DNA of 55,436 bases from positions 1-55,436 of the IMG/VR virus record IMGVR_UViG_3300005529_000045; one strand, 5' to 3'. The notes beneath the pieces were generated by a model. That model was not told the origin of the DNA and ran no database searches. It was given only the letters and a program-made list of their open reading frames with translations. Below, piece after piece: positions 8,334-16,446 of the stretch (positions are counted from its first letter, which is position 1; each line of letters starts with the position of its first letter). The stretch comes from a virus. Lineage: Duplodnaviria; Caudoviricetes. Position numbers and translations under genes: made by a program.

Positions 8334-8570
8334 GTGAGCGACAGGCCCTATCTGCTGCTGCGCCGCGACAAGCCGCAGATGTGGTTTGCGACGGCCGCGG
8401 AGGCGCAGCGCTTTTACGACCAATTGCGCGCCAACAACTACCGCCAGGCGCAGGGCGCGGCCGTGTTCGGCCCCAACCGCTCGGTCTGGTACGCCGCACC
8501 CGGGCGCCATGCGCCGTGGCTCCGGGACGACGAGCGCCGCCGGCGCGAGGCGGGGGCCGCAAAGCGGTGA
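8334..8570 (+). CDS. Hypothetical protein
   Basis: GTG start, SDRPYLLLRRDKP... Confidence 0.55.
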   Translation: MSDRPYLLLRRDKPQMWFATAAEAQRFYDQLRANNYRQAQGAAVFGPNRSVWYAAPGRHAPWLRDDERRRREAGAAKR

Positions 8571-8584
8571 GGCGGCGGCCTGAC

Positions 8585-8809
8585 ATGAGCGACCCGATCC
8601 TCCCTGACGGCATCCGGGTCGGCGCCGGTCGCGGCGAAGGGGAGCGCGGGGTCGTGCGGCTCGACCTCGCGGCGTCCGACCGCATCGCGCTCGCCGCCGT
8701 GTTGGAGCCGCGCCAGGCGCGGGCCCTGGCGGCCCTCCTGGTGCGCCAGGCCGACGCCGTCGAGGCCGCCGAGCGGGCGCGCGGCCCGCTGCTCGGGGTG
8801 GTGCCGTGA
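8585..8809 (+). CDS. Hypothetical protein
   Basis: GAGG RBS, MSDPILPDG... Confidence 0.55.
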   Translation: MSDPILPDGIRVGAGRGEGERGVVRLDLAASDRIALAAVLEPRQARALAALLVRQADAVEAAERARGPLLGVVP

Positions 8810-8873
8810 CGGCGCTCGGCCACCCGGTTGGGGGGGGCGGCGCCGGCACGGCGACATCAAGCGGCGCCGGCCG

Positions 8874-9542
8874 ATGACAGCACCGCTCCTCGGCGAGCCG
8901 TCGCCAAAACGCAAATCCGCCAGCCACGGCGAGGCGGGCTACGCGCGCAACGCCCGCGACGCGTATTTCACGGAGCCGTGGGTGACGCGGGCGCTGTTGA
9001 AGGCCGCCGATTTGTCACTACCGCCGAGCTGGTCCCTGGCGGATTGCCTGGTCTGGGAGCCGGCGTGCGGGGACGGCCGCATGGCGGCCGAAATCGCCAA
9101 AACCGGTCACCCGGTCTTGTGCTCCGACATCCACGATTACGGTTTTCCGGGCACCGCGATCCTCGACTTCATCCGCGACCCGGCGCCGGCTGAATGGGCG
9201 AGTCCCACCGGTGTCGCCGCGGCGATCGTCACCAACCCGCCGTTCGACCTGGCGCCGGACTTCATCCACCGCGGCCTCGCGCTGACGCAGCCGAACCGCG
9301 GCAAGGTCGCGATCCTCCAGCGCCATGAATTCGATGCGCCGCGCGCGAACTGGCCGCTCTTCCAACCGCCATTCGCGGCCAAGTTGATCCTCCACAAGCG
9401 GCCGCGCTGGTCAACCGAGGACAAGGCCAGCCCGCGTTTTCCCTATGCCTGGTACCTGTGGGACTGGCGGCATCGGGGCGACCCCATCATCCGCTGGCTC
9501 GGCGATCCGGACGGCCCGGCCGGGCAGGGGGCGCTGCTGTGA
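8874..9542 (+). CDS. DNA amino-methyltransferase (NPPF type)
   Basis: WEPACGDG (motif I) and IVTNPPF (motif IV). Confidence 0.85.
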   Translation: MTAPLLGEPSPKRKSASHGEAGYARNARDAYFTEPWVTRALLKAADLSLPPSWSLADCLVWEPACGDGRMAAEIAKTGHPVLCSDIHDYGFPGTAILDFIRDPAPAEWASPTGVAAAIVTNPPFDLAPDFIHRGLALTQPNRGKVAILQRHEFDAPRANWPLFQPPFAAKLILHKRPRWSTEDKASPRFPYAWYLWDWRHRGDPIIRWLGDPDGPAGQGALL

Positions 9543-10240
9543 GCCGCATCGAGCATATCGGCGATGCGGTGCTTTATCTCGGCGACTGCCGAGAGATTGC
9601 TCCGGGGCTGTCGGCAGATGCGGTGATTTCCGATCCGCCTTATGGGAGCAAAGTCGAGTATGCTCACTCGAATAAGAGGCGGTTCTACAAGGGCAAAAGC
9701 CAAACCTCGATCGAATCGCGGCGCGAACAGCCGGTCATGGTCGGGGGCTATAATAGCGGCGTCGAATTCGATCCTGCGCCTTGGTTAAAATACGATAATA
9801 TAATTCTTTGGGGCGCCGACCATTTCTGCCGGCTACTGCCGCCGGGGCGGTTTCTAGCCTGGAATAAGCTGGGCGATTGGGAGCCGTTCGATCAGTTCAG
9901 CGATGTTGAGTTCGCGTGGCATAGCCGCCGCGGCGCAGCGCGCGTCTTCTCGCATCGGTGGAAATGGATATTCAGCGATAGAACCAGCGAAGACGGGCTG
10001 AGAGAACATCCGACGCAAAAACCCGTCGAGCTTATGCTGTGGTGCATCCGGCAGGCCGGCATGCCTGAGCGCATTCTTGATCCCTACATGGGCAGCGGCA
10101 CAACCGGTGTTGCCGCCCTACGTCTCGGCCGCAAGTTCATTGGCATCGAGATCGAAGAGCGCTGGTTTGATGTCGCATGCCGCCGCATCGAAGCGGAAGC
10201 GCGACAGGGGAAGCTTGATCTCGCGGAGCCGGCGGCATGA
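9539..10240 (+). CDS. Beta-class N4/N6 DNA methyltransferase
   Basis: DPPY, HPTQKP, DPYMGSGTTG. Confidence 0.92.
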   Translation: MSRIEHIGDAVLYLGDCREIAPGLSADAVISDPPYGSKVEYAHSNKRRFYKGKSQTSIESRREQPVMVGGYNSGVEFDPAPWLKYDNIILWGADHFCRLLPPGRFLAWNKLGDWEPFDQFSDVEFAWHSRRGAARVFSHRWKWIFSDRTSEDGLREHPTQKPVELMLWCIRQAGMPERILDPYMGSGTTGVAALRLGRKFIGIEIEERWFDVACRRIEAEARQGKLDLAEPAA

Positions 10241-10662
10241 GCGCGCTCGAAACCGTCATTCGGGTCTATCGCGGCTCGGACGGCGAGGCGACGAAGGCGC
10301 TCTATGAGCGGCTGACGGGATTGGGGCCGCTCGGCATCGTCGCGACCAACCTGTTCCGCGCGCAGAAGAATTCGGAGCGCGCCAAGGCCTATCGCGGGCG
10401 GGCGATCGGCAATCTCTGCGCGGCGCTGGCCGAGCACGGGTTGCCCGATGCGGGCGCCTGGGGGTGGGGCGAGGACGACAAGCAGCCCTATCACCGCCAC
10501 GTTCTCTACATCGACCTGCCGACCGGGCAGGTGAGCTTCCACACCGGCGCGCGCGGCGACGGCCCCGACTATCCCCGTGCCTGGGACGGCGTCCCCGGCC
10601 AAAGCGCGGACCGCATCATCCGCTGGTGCGCGCGGCTGCTCGACCATGCGGAGCCGGCATGA
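10237..10662 (+). CDS. Hypothetical phage protein
   Basis: VLYIDLPTGQVSFH motif; coupled overlaps. Confidence 0.75.
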   Translation: MSALETVIRVYRGSDGEATKALYERLTGLGPLGIVATNLFRAQKNSERAKAYRGRAIGNLCAALAEHGLPDAGAWGWGEDDKQPYHRHVLYIDLPTGQVSFHTGARGDGPDYPRAWDGVPGQSADRIIRWCARLLDHAEPA

Positions 10663-10991
10663 CGGAGCGCATCCCGTTGCCCAACCGCCGCGAGGCCTTC
10701 ACCTGCCAAATCCGGGGCGGCTACGACGCCGCGCTCGGGTTCGACAGCGAGGGGCGCCCGAAGGAAATCTTCCTGTCCGGCGCGAAGGACGGCACCGACA
10801 TGGCGGCGATCCTCGCCGATACCTCGGTCGTCGTGTCGATCGCCCTGCAGCACGGCATCCCGGCGGCCGAACTCGCCCGCTCGATCGCGCGCGAACCGGC
10901 GCTGCCGGACGGCGCGGCGACGCGGGCGGCATCCGTCATCGGAGCGGCCCTCGACCTCTTGGTGCAATACGAACGGGAGGACTGGCGGTGA
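10659..10991 (+). CDS. TSCPD-like protein (resembles the class II ribonucleotide reductase C-terminal module)
   Basis: RIPLPNRR...GRPKEIFL...SIALQHGIP. Confidence 0.75.
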   Translation: MTERIPLPNRREAFTCQIRGGYDAALGFDSEGRPKEIFLSGAKDGTDMAAILADTSVVVSIALQHGIPAAELARSIAREPALPDGAATRAASVIGAALDLLVQYEREDWR

Positions 10992-11257
10992 AACCCGGTG
11001 CCCTGACAGCCGAGCGCCGGGCGACGCACGGCGACTGGAAGACGACGGCGCGCGCCGCCAACCGGTTGAAGCTGGCGCTCCGGGAAAGCCTCGTCGAGAG
11101 CGCCCAGCCGACCAAGCTCAATGCGCAGCAGCTCGAAGCGCTCGACATGATCCTCGGGAAGATCGCCCGCATCGTCTCGGGCGACCCGAACCATCCCGAC
11201 CATTGGGATGACATCGCGGGTTACGCGCTGCTCGGGCGCGGCGGAGAGGCGCCATGA
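10988..11257 (+). CDS. DUF6378-like protein
   Basis: ERRATHGD...KIARIVSGDPNHPDHWDDIAGYA. Confidence 0.8.
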   Translation: MKPGALTAERRATHGDWKTTARAANRLKLALRESLVESAQPTKLNAQQLEALDMILGKIARIVSGDPNHPDHWDDIAGYALLGRGGEAP

Positions 11258-11598
11258 TCCGCTGCACGATCGAGCTCCTGCCGGGCGGGGATGAGGCGCG
11301 CGCCCGCATCGTCGGGCTCATCGAGATTGCCAATATCGGGGTCAACGCGGTCAATCTCGGTCAATACGCGGTCGTCCTGAAGAAATCGCCGCCGTTCCGC
11401 GGCGCCTTGCGGCGGGCCTGGCGCGCGGGAAAAGTGACGGCGGACGATGCTGCGCTGAACAGCGGCGCGCTGCCGGGCGAGGATGACGAGGCGATCGTCG
11501 CCCGTGTCCAGGGCCATCACCGCACCCGCCGCGGCGTCTACGACCTGCTCTATCGGGCGCTCCGGGCCTGCGGGCTCGAGGAGCGCAACCCGGGATGA
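11254..11598 (+). CDS. Hypothetical protein
   Basis: Coupled ORF with typical composition. Confidence 0.7.
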   Translation: MIRCTIELLPGGDEARARIVGLIEIANIGVNAVNLGQYAVVLKKSPPFRGALRRAWRAGKVTADDAALNSGALPGEDDEAIVARVQGHHRTRRGVYDLLYRALRACGLEERNPG

Positions 11599-12113
11599 GC
11601 GACAGATTTCCCGTCCTTAACTCGGGTGGCGCTGAAATCCCCTGGTCGCTGATCGCGCCCCATGAGGCGCAGGCACAGAAAAACCACGACCAGTCGCTGA
11701 GTCGTCTTGCCGCCCGTGGAGGGCTGTCGTGGTGCGAAATGGCGGCCGTGCTCGACGATCGCTCCTGGCGCGCCATGCCCGATGGCGACAGCTTCGCCGC
11801 CGTCCTCTCGCGCCTGGTCGAAAACGAACTCCAGCAGCGAGCGGCGCAGCAAAAACCTATTATCGACCACTTTGTCGCCGGCGTAGCCGCGGAGGCGGAA
11901 CACCAACGCGTGCGGTGGGGCGAAGCGCACGACCGCAATAAATCGGCCGAAGACTGGTTTTGGCTAATCGGCTATCTCGCCGGCAAAGCCTTGCGGGCGA
12001 GCATAGAAGGTGACCGCGACAAAGCCCTGCATCACACGATCAGCGCCGCGGCGGCGCTGTCGCAGTGGCATGCGGCGATCCTGGGTGATGAGCCGCGGGG
12101 CAACCCGCGATGA
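11595..12113 (+). CDS. Hypothetical protein with a MazG-like helical C-terminus
   Basis: EAEHQRVRWG...DWFWLIGYLAGKA. Confidence 0.6.
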   Translation: MSDRFPVLNSGGAEIPWSLIAPHEAQAQKNHDQSLSRLAARGGLSWCEMAAVLDDRSWRAMPDGDSFAAVLSRLVENELQQRAAQQKPIIDHFVAGVAAEAEHQRVRWGEAHDRNKSAEDWFWLIGYLAGKALRASIEGDRDKALHHTISAAAALSQWHAAILGDEPRGNPR

Positions 12114-12118
12114 CGGCG

Positions 12119-12559
12119 CTACTCGCTCTCGACGAGCGCGTCGATCGGCACGCCGAGGGCGGCGGCGAGGCGGCCCAATGTGTCGATGCTGCCTTGGCGT
12201 TTCCCCGTCTCGATCTGGGCGATCATGTCGCGCGTGACATTGGCTGCCGCGGCGAGGGCCTGCTGGGTCAGGCCCCGGTGCTCGCGCCAGGCGCGCAGCC
12301 GGTGCGTGCCGGCGATCTCGGCCATGAATACCGCCAGCGGGGTCGTCGCCTCACGGCCCGGCGGGAGCGCGGCTTCATAGGCCGCCTGTTCGGCGCGCCC
12401 CTCGGCGAGTGCCAGGCGGTCGGCTTCCTCTTCCGCCAGTTCGTCGAGCGCATTGCGCACGGCCGTGAGCGCCGCCGCGAGCGCATTCCAGTCGCCGCGG
12501 TCGAGGACGACCTCGTCGGCGGTCTCGTGTTTCGGCGTCGGCAGGGTGATCGTCGTCAT
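12119..12559 (-). CDS. XRE-HTH antitoxin (HigA-like)
   Basis: LRAWREHRGLTQQALAAAANVTRDMIAQIETG. Confidence 0.88.
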   Translation of the reverse strand: MTTITLPTPKHETADEVVLDRGDWNALAAALTAVRNALDELAEEEADRLALAEGRAEQAAYEAALPPGREATTPLAVFMAEIAGTHRLRAWREHRGLTQQALAAAANVTRDMIAQIETGKRQGSIDTLGRLAAALGVPIDALVESE

Positions 12560-12571
12560 CGTCTCTCTCCG

Positions 12572-12832
12572 TCAGCGCTTGTAGACATCGCCGCGGGTGC
12601 GGATCGTTTCAACCGCGATCCGCCCCGCCTTGGCGTCGGGGGTGAACAGCACCCGGTATTCCGCGACCTTGAGCCGGAACGTGCCGGGTTCGCCGCGCAC
12701 CGGCTCGATGTCGAGCGAGGGGTCGCGCGGGTTCTGCGCCAATTTGTCGAGCGCCGCGGCGAGCTTCGCCTTGTCGGCAGGCGTGCGCTTGTCGAGGTAG
12801 CGGCGGGCCGGGCGGCTCAGGTCGATCTCCAT
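12572..12832 (-). CDS. RelE/ParE-family toxin (toxin-first, HigB-like)
   Basis: FRLKVAEYRVLF...RGDVYK. Confidence 0.88.
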   Translation of the reverse strand: MEIDLSRPARRYLDKRTPADKAKLAAALDKLAQNPRDPSLDIEPVRGEPGTFRLKVAEYRVLFTPDAKAGRIAVETIRTRGDVYKR

Positions 12833-12838
12833 GCCGCT

Positions 12839-12890
12839 ATTGTGACTGATCGTCACGAATGGTGCAAGCGAAATAGTGACCTATCGTCAC
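12839..12890 (-). promoter_or_regulatory. TA promoter with two palindromic operators
   Basis: GTGAC-N5-GTCAC at 12842-12856 and 12876-12890; minus strand TTGCAC-17nt-CACAAT 6 nt before the ATG. Confidence 0.7.
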
Positions 12891-12913
12891 AATTTTGTGC
12901 GCCGGGGTGCGCC

Positions 12914-13120
12914 ATGAGCGACTCGATCGAAGCGCAGCTCGCCGCATTTGATGCGGCCAATGCTGACGAGGTCGGTCGCAGACGCCGCGCGCTCGTCCGC
13001 CGCCTGCGCGGCTATATCCGCGACGGCTGGGTCACCTACGACCCTGACAAAGTCCAACTGACGGCGATCGGCGCCGCCATTGAGCGTGCCGGCCTATATG
13101 GCTGGGGCGGCAGCGCATGA
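12914..13120 (+). CDS. Hypothetical protein
   Basis: MSDSIEAQLAAFD..., ATGA overlap with the next gene. Confidence 0.55.
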   Translation: MSDSIEAQLAAFDAANADEVGRRRRALVRRLRGYIRDGWVTYDPDKVQLTAIGAAIERAGLYGWGGSA

Positions 13121-13383
13121 GCCACTCGCGCAGCACCCATCGCGGCGCAAGATGGGCGGGGCAGGGAGAAGCCGTCGTCGCGGCGGCGCAGGACCGGCGT
13201 AAGCCGCCCGATGCCGGGGCGGCGGGCGACGACCTGACGACACTGGCCGGCGCGCTCCGCGCGAAACAGCGGATCGAGCGCTATTGGCGGGAGCGCGGGC
13301 GGGTTGTCCGCTGCACGGTCGCCAAGGGGTTTCTCGGCCTCTTCGAGCTGCGCTCGGACGCGCCGGGGACGCCCTGCCGATGA
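13117..13383 (+). CDS. Hypothetical protein
   Basis: Coupled ORF. Confidence 0.5.
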   Translation: MSHSRSTHRGARWAGQGEAVVAAAQDRRKPPDAGAAGDDLTTLAGALRAKQRIERYWRERGRVVRCTVAKGFLGLFELRSDAPGTPCR

Positions 13384-13715
13384 AGACCGGCTATTTCTGG
13401 ACCACGGGCTCGATCGGCACGTTGATTGCGCTCGCGCGGCGGGGCGAACCCTGGGACTTCATCGCCGCCCAATACTATCCCGATGCGGCAAAGCGGCGGT
13501 CGACGGTCTGCGAAATCTTCCGCCGTTACGCGACCCGGGATGACGTTGCGGCGCGGTCGGCGGCGATCCGCACCCGCAACTGGAACCGCGTGCCCGGCCT
13601 CTCGGCGCGTGCCGACCGGCGGCGCCGGGCGCGCCTGCGGCAGCAGAAACAACCCGACGAGGCCGTGACGCTCCCCGAGCTGCGCAGCCCGTTCGCAGGG
13701 AATTGCTTCCAATGA
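13380..13715 (+). CDS. Hypothetical protein (GcrA-like N-terminal pattern)
   Basis: WT...TLIALARRGEPWDFIAA. Confidence 0.5.
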   Translation: MKTGYFWTTGSIGTLIALARRGEPWDFIAAQYYPDAAKRRSTVCEIFRRYATRDDVAARSAAIRTRNWNRVPGLSARADRRRRARLRQQKQPDEAVTLPELRSPFAGNCFQ

Positions 13716-13909
13716 CCAAGTGCCACGCCAAGCGGTGCGAGCAAGTCCCGCCCGACGGCAAGCCGTTCTGCGCCCGCCATTGGGCGAGTGTACCGCAGCG
13801 GCTCAAGAGCGAGTGGTATCACCGCGACAAGACGGTCGATCCCACGCTTTTGTTGGACCGTATCGCCGATGGGATCGAGCGGGCCGAATTCGGCGAGCGG
13901 CTCCTCTGA
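13712..13909 (+). CDS. Small Zn-binding protein
   Basis: CHAKRC...FCARHW. Confidence 0.65.
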   Translation: MTKCHAKRCEQVPPDGKPFCARHWASVPQRLKSEWYHRDKTVDPTLLLDRIADGIERAEFGERLL

Positions 13910-14691
13910 TGTGCGCGAGCCTTTGTCTCTCGCGCTGGGAACAGGTCGAGACCATCGCTGTCGGCGACCGCCTCTTGGTGTCGCTCGGCGGCGGGTTGTG
14001 GCGCGAGGCCGAATGCGTCGGTTTTTCGGGCGAGGGTGATCACCCGCAAATCACCCGCGATCACCCGAATTCAGCGGGTGATCACCGGGTGATTGCAGGT
14101 GATTTTGAGGTGATCGCAAACGTTTCGCGGCCCTCGTCGCCGCATGCCGCGGCACAGCGCCGTTACAAGGCGAAATGCAAGGCGCTCGGCCGGCCTTACG
14201 GCACGTTGCGGCAGCCCGCAGCCGCGGCTGGCGAGCGGGTGAGGACGGGTGATTTGGCCGCCGCGCCCCAAGAAGAAGAAAGAGAGGAGACTCTCTCTCT
14301 TGCTTACGACGCGCGCGCGAGCGGGCCGCCGCCCTTCCTGCGCAAGGAACGCTGGTGCAGCAGCGTCGTCGGGCGCGCCGCCCAGGCTGGCATGCTGTCG
14401 ACTGACCGCGCCGCCGCGCTCTACCGCGAGCTGATGGCGCTGCGGCCGGACCCGACGATCCCGAATTGGGGGCTGTCGCGGCGGGCCAACGACGAACTCG
14501 ATGCCCTCGACCGGCAGCTGAGAGCGCGCGTGCCGCCGCAGCCGACATTGGCGCTGCCGCCGGTGCTGGTGGCCGCCGCCGAACCGGAGACAGGGCCGCC
14601 GGCGGCGCCACGAAGTCCTGGGCGCGGTCCCGGCCGCTTCATCGCCGGCCGCTGGTACCCGGACGCCGCATTTGCACGCGAGGCAGGATGA
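13909..14691 (+). CDS. Putative replication protein with an internal iteron-like array
   Basis: Position; internal ATCACCCG/GGTGAT repeats; AQRRYK and EEEREETLSL...ARA low-complexity linker. Confidence 0.5.
   Translation: MCASLCLSRWEQVETIAVGDRLLVSLGGGLWREAECVGFSGEGDHPQITRDHPNSAGDHRVIAGDFEVIANVSRPSSPHAAAQRRYKAKCKALGRPYGTLRQPAAAAGERVRTGDLAAAPQEEEREETLSLAYDARASGPPPFLRKERWCSSVVGRAAQAGMLSTDRAAALYRELMALRPDPTIPNWGLSRRANDELDALDRQLRARVPPQPTLALPPVLVAAAEPETGPPAAPRSPGRGPGRFIAGRWYPDAAFAREAG
14034..14115. repeat. Iteron-like array (candidate origin)
   Basis: ATCACCCG at 14039, 14050, 14060; inverted GGTGAT at 14035, 14077, 14088, 14098, 14109. Confidence 0.65.
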
Positions 14692-15242
14692 GCGAGAAGA
14701 CGCCGATCGATATCGAAGCCCTGGTGCAATGGGCCATCGCGCACAGCGTCGCGCCGCGATTGACCGTCGCGAGCCCGCGGGAATTGATGTTCAACCACGG
14801 CTACACGGCGGTGCCAAAGGGTTTCCACGGCGTCTTCGCCGGCGCGATGGCGCGGGTCGAGGGCGGCCGGCTGGCGACCGATATCGACGCCGAGCGTGTG
14901 TTGGCCGCGATCGACCGGCTCGACCCGTTCACGCGGTCGATCGTCCTGGTCAACGCCAAGACCGGGCGGCGGCCGGACTGGATGGAGGGGGTCGAGCCGA
15001 AGCGTATCGCGAAGCGGGTGTACCAGAAGCGCCGCGGCAAGAAGCGGCACCGGCCATCGACGGTCATCGTGTGGGATGTCGAGCCCGCGGCGATTTGCGC
15101 GGCGCGCGAGCTCTACGGGCGCTGGCACAGCGCCCTGACGGGTCTGGCGCGGACCCTGTCCGACCAGCTGATCGCGTGGCAGGTCAACGGGTTGAATGCG
15201 CCGGCGGCGCCCTGGGATCGGGCGCTCGAAAAAGCCGCTTGA
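14688..15242 (+). CDS. Putative late-gene regulator (Q position)
   Basis: Last early gene before the HNH/terminase genes; IDIEALVQWA...YGRWHSAL. Confidence 0.55.
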   Translation: MSEKTPIDIEALVQWAIAHSVAPRLTVASPRELMFNHGYTAVPKGFHGVFAGAMARVEGGRLATDIDAERVLAAIDRLDPFTRSIVLVNAKTGRRPDWMEGVEPKRIAKRVYQKRRGKKRHRPSTVIVWDVEPAAICAARELYGRWHSALTGLARTLSDQLIAWQVNGLNAPAAPWDRALEKAA

Positions 15243-15346
15243 CAGGGGGAAAACGCTCCTCACACTTCGGTGCACGAAACGTTGCGGCCCCGGCGATCCC
15301 GCCCAGGGCCGCTTTGTATTTCCAGACCATCCCCGGAGATTGAACC

Positions 15347-15727
15347 ATGCGACCCCAGCCGGGGAAAGCCCGGCTTCGGACATTGCGTCCGCGCATCGAG
15401 ACAATCGACACGCGGAGCGCAAAGGTTCCCGAGAAGGTCGTCGACCCGCACTACCTCAGCCCGGAGCACAGACGCTGGCGCAGCGAGGTGATCCGGCGGG
15501 CCGGCGGACGGTGCGAATTCCCGGGATGCGGCCGGGCCGAACCCCGGATGTTCGCTGACCATATCCGCGAGCTGAAAGACGGCGGCAGTCCACTCGACCC
15601 GGCGAACGGCCAGTGCCTCTGCGGTGCTTGCCATTCGCGCAAGACTATCGCGGCGCGGGAACTGCGGCTGTCGATGCCGGCAGGCACCCCGTCCGGTCAT
15701 GGCGGCAGGGGCCCCAGGGGGGTCTAA
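15347..15727 (+). CDS. HNH endonuclease (terminase-associated)
   Basis: CEFPGC...DHIRELKDGG...NGQCLCGACHSRKT. Confidence 0.9.
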   Translation: MRPQPGKARLRTLRPRIETIDTRSAKVPEKVVDPHYLSPEHRRWRSEVIRRAGGRCEFPGCGRAEPRMFADHIRELKDGGSPLDPANGQCLCGACHSRKTIAARELRLSMPAGTPSGHGGRGPRGV

Positions 15728-15836
15728 AGTCGGGCATGTTCCCGCCCAGCTACCGCTTGGGAGTCACGCGTGCGAAAAATTTTCGCCGCCGAAGATTTGA
15801 AACCCGGCGCTTGAATATCGGAAATCAAAGAAGCCC

Positions 15837-16439
15837 ATGGAACAGCCGCAGTCCCGCCGCGGCGGCCGTCGTCCCGGCGCGGGCCGCAAGCCGAAGGGCT
15901 ACGTCAAGCCGTCCGCCCTCTCTGAGCTGAACAAGGTCAGCGCCCTTGCAACCGAGCCGCCGGAGGAAATCGACGGGGTTGCCCAGCGGTACGCGCGGGA
16001 CGCGGTCGAAGCGCTCGTGAAGCTGCTGTTCTACGGGTCGAGCGAGGCGGCCAAGATCACCGCGGCAAAGGAAATCCTCGACCGCGGTTATGGCAAGCCG
16101 GCGGTCGAGATCGGCGGCGATGCAGCGGTGATGCTGCCCTTCATGGCGGCACCCTCGGCGCCGAGCGTCAGTTCCGATATCCGATCGGAAGCCCGGAAAT
16201 ACGCCAAGCTCGCTATCGAAGTCTTGCGCAAAATTGCGGCTGACGGGTCGAGCGAGACGGCAATCGCCGCCGCATCAAAAGCTCTCCTCGACCGCGGGCT
16301 CGGCACCGTGGGCAAGGCACGGATGCCGGACGAGCAACGGGATCGCCCCTTGGGCAAGAAGGAAGAGGCAGCGCGAGCTGCCGAGGCCGCAGCAACCGGC
16401 CGTTACGCAACCCCGCCGGCACCCCGGCTGATGAACTGA
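15837..16439 (+). CDS. terS: Terminase small subunit
   Basis: GGRRPGAGRK N-terminus, LGKKEEA...GRYATPPAP C-terminus; directly upstream of terL. Confidence 0.8.
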   Translation: MEQPQSRRGGRRPGAGRKPKGYVKPSALSELNKVSALATEPPEEIDGVAQRYARDAVEALVKLLFYGSSEAAKITAAKEILDRGYGKPAVEIGGDAAVMLPFMAAPSAPSVSSDIRSEARKYAKLAIEVLRKIAADGSSETAIAAASKALLDRGLGTVGKARMPDEQRDRPLGKKEEAARAAEAAATGRYATPPAPRLMN

Positions 16440-16446
16440 GAGCCGC

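Noticed and set aside
15715-15836. Exact cos site
   Set aside because: The position between HNH and terS fits, but the cohesive end cannot be identified from sequence alone
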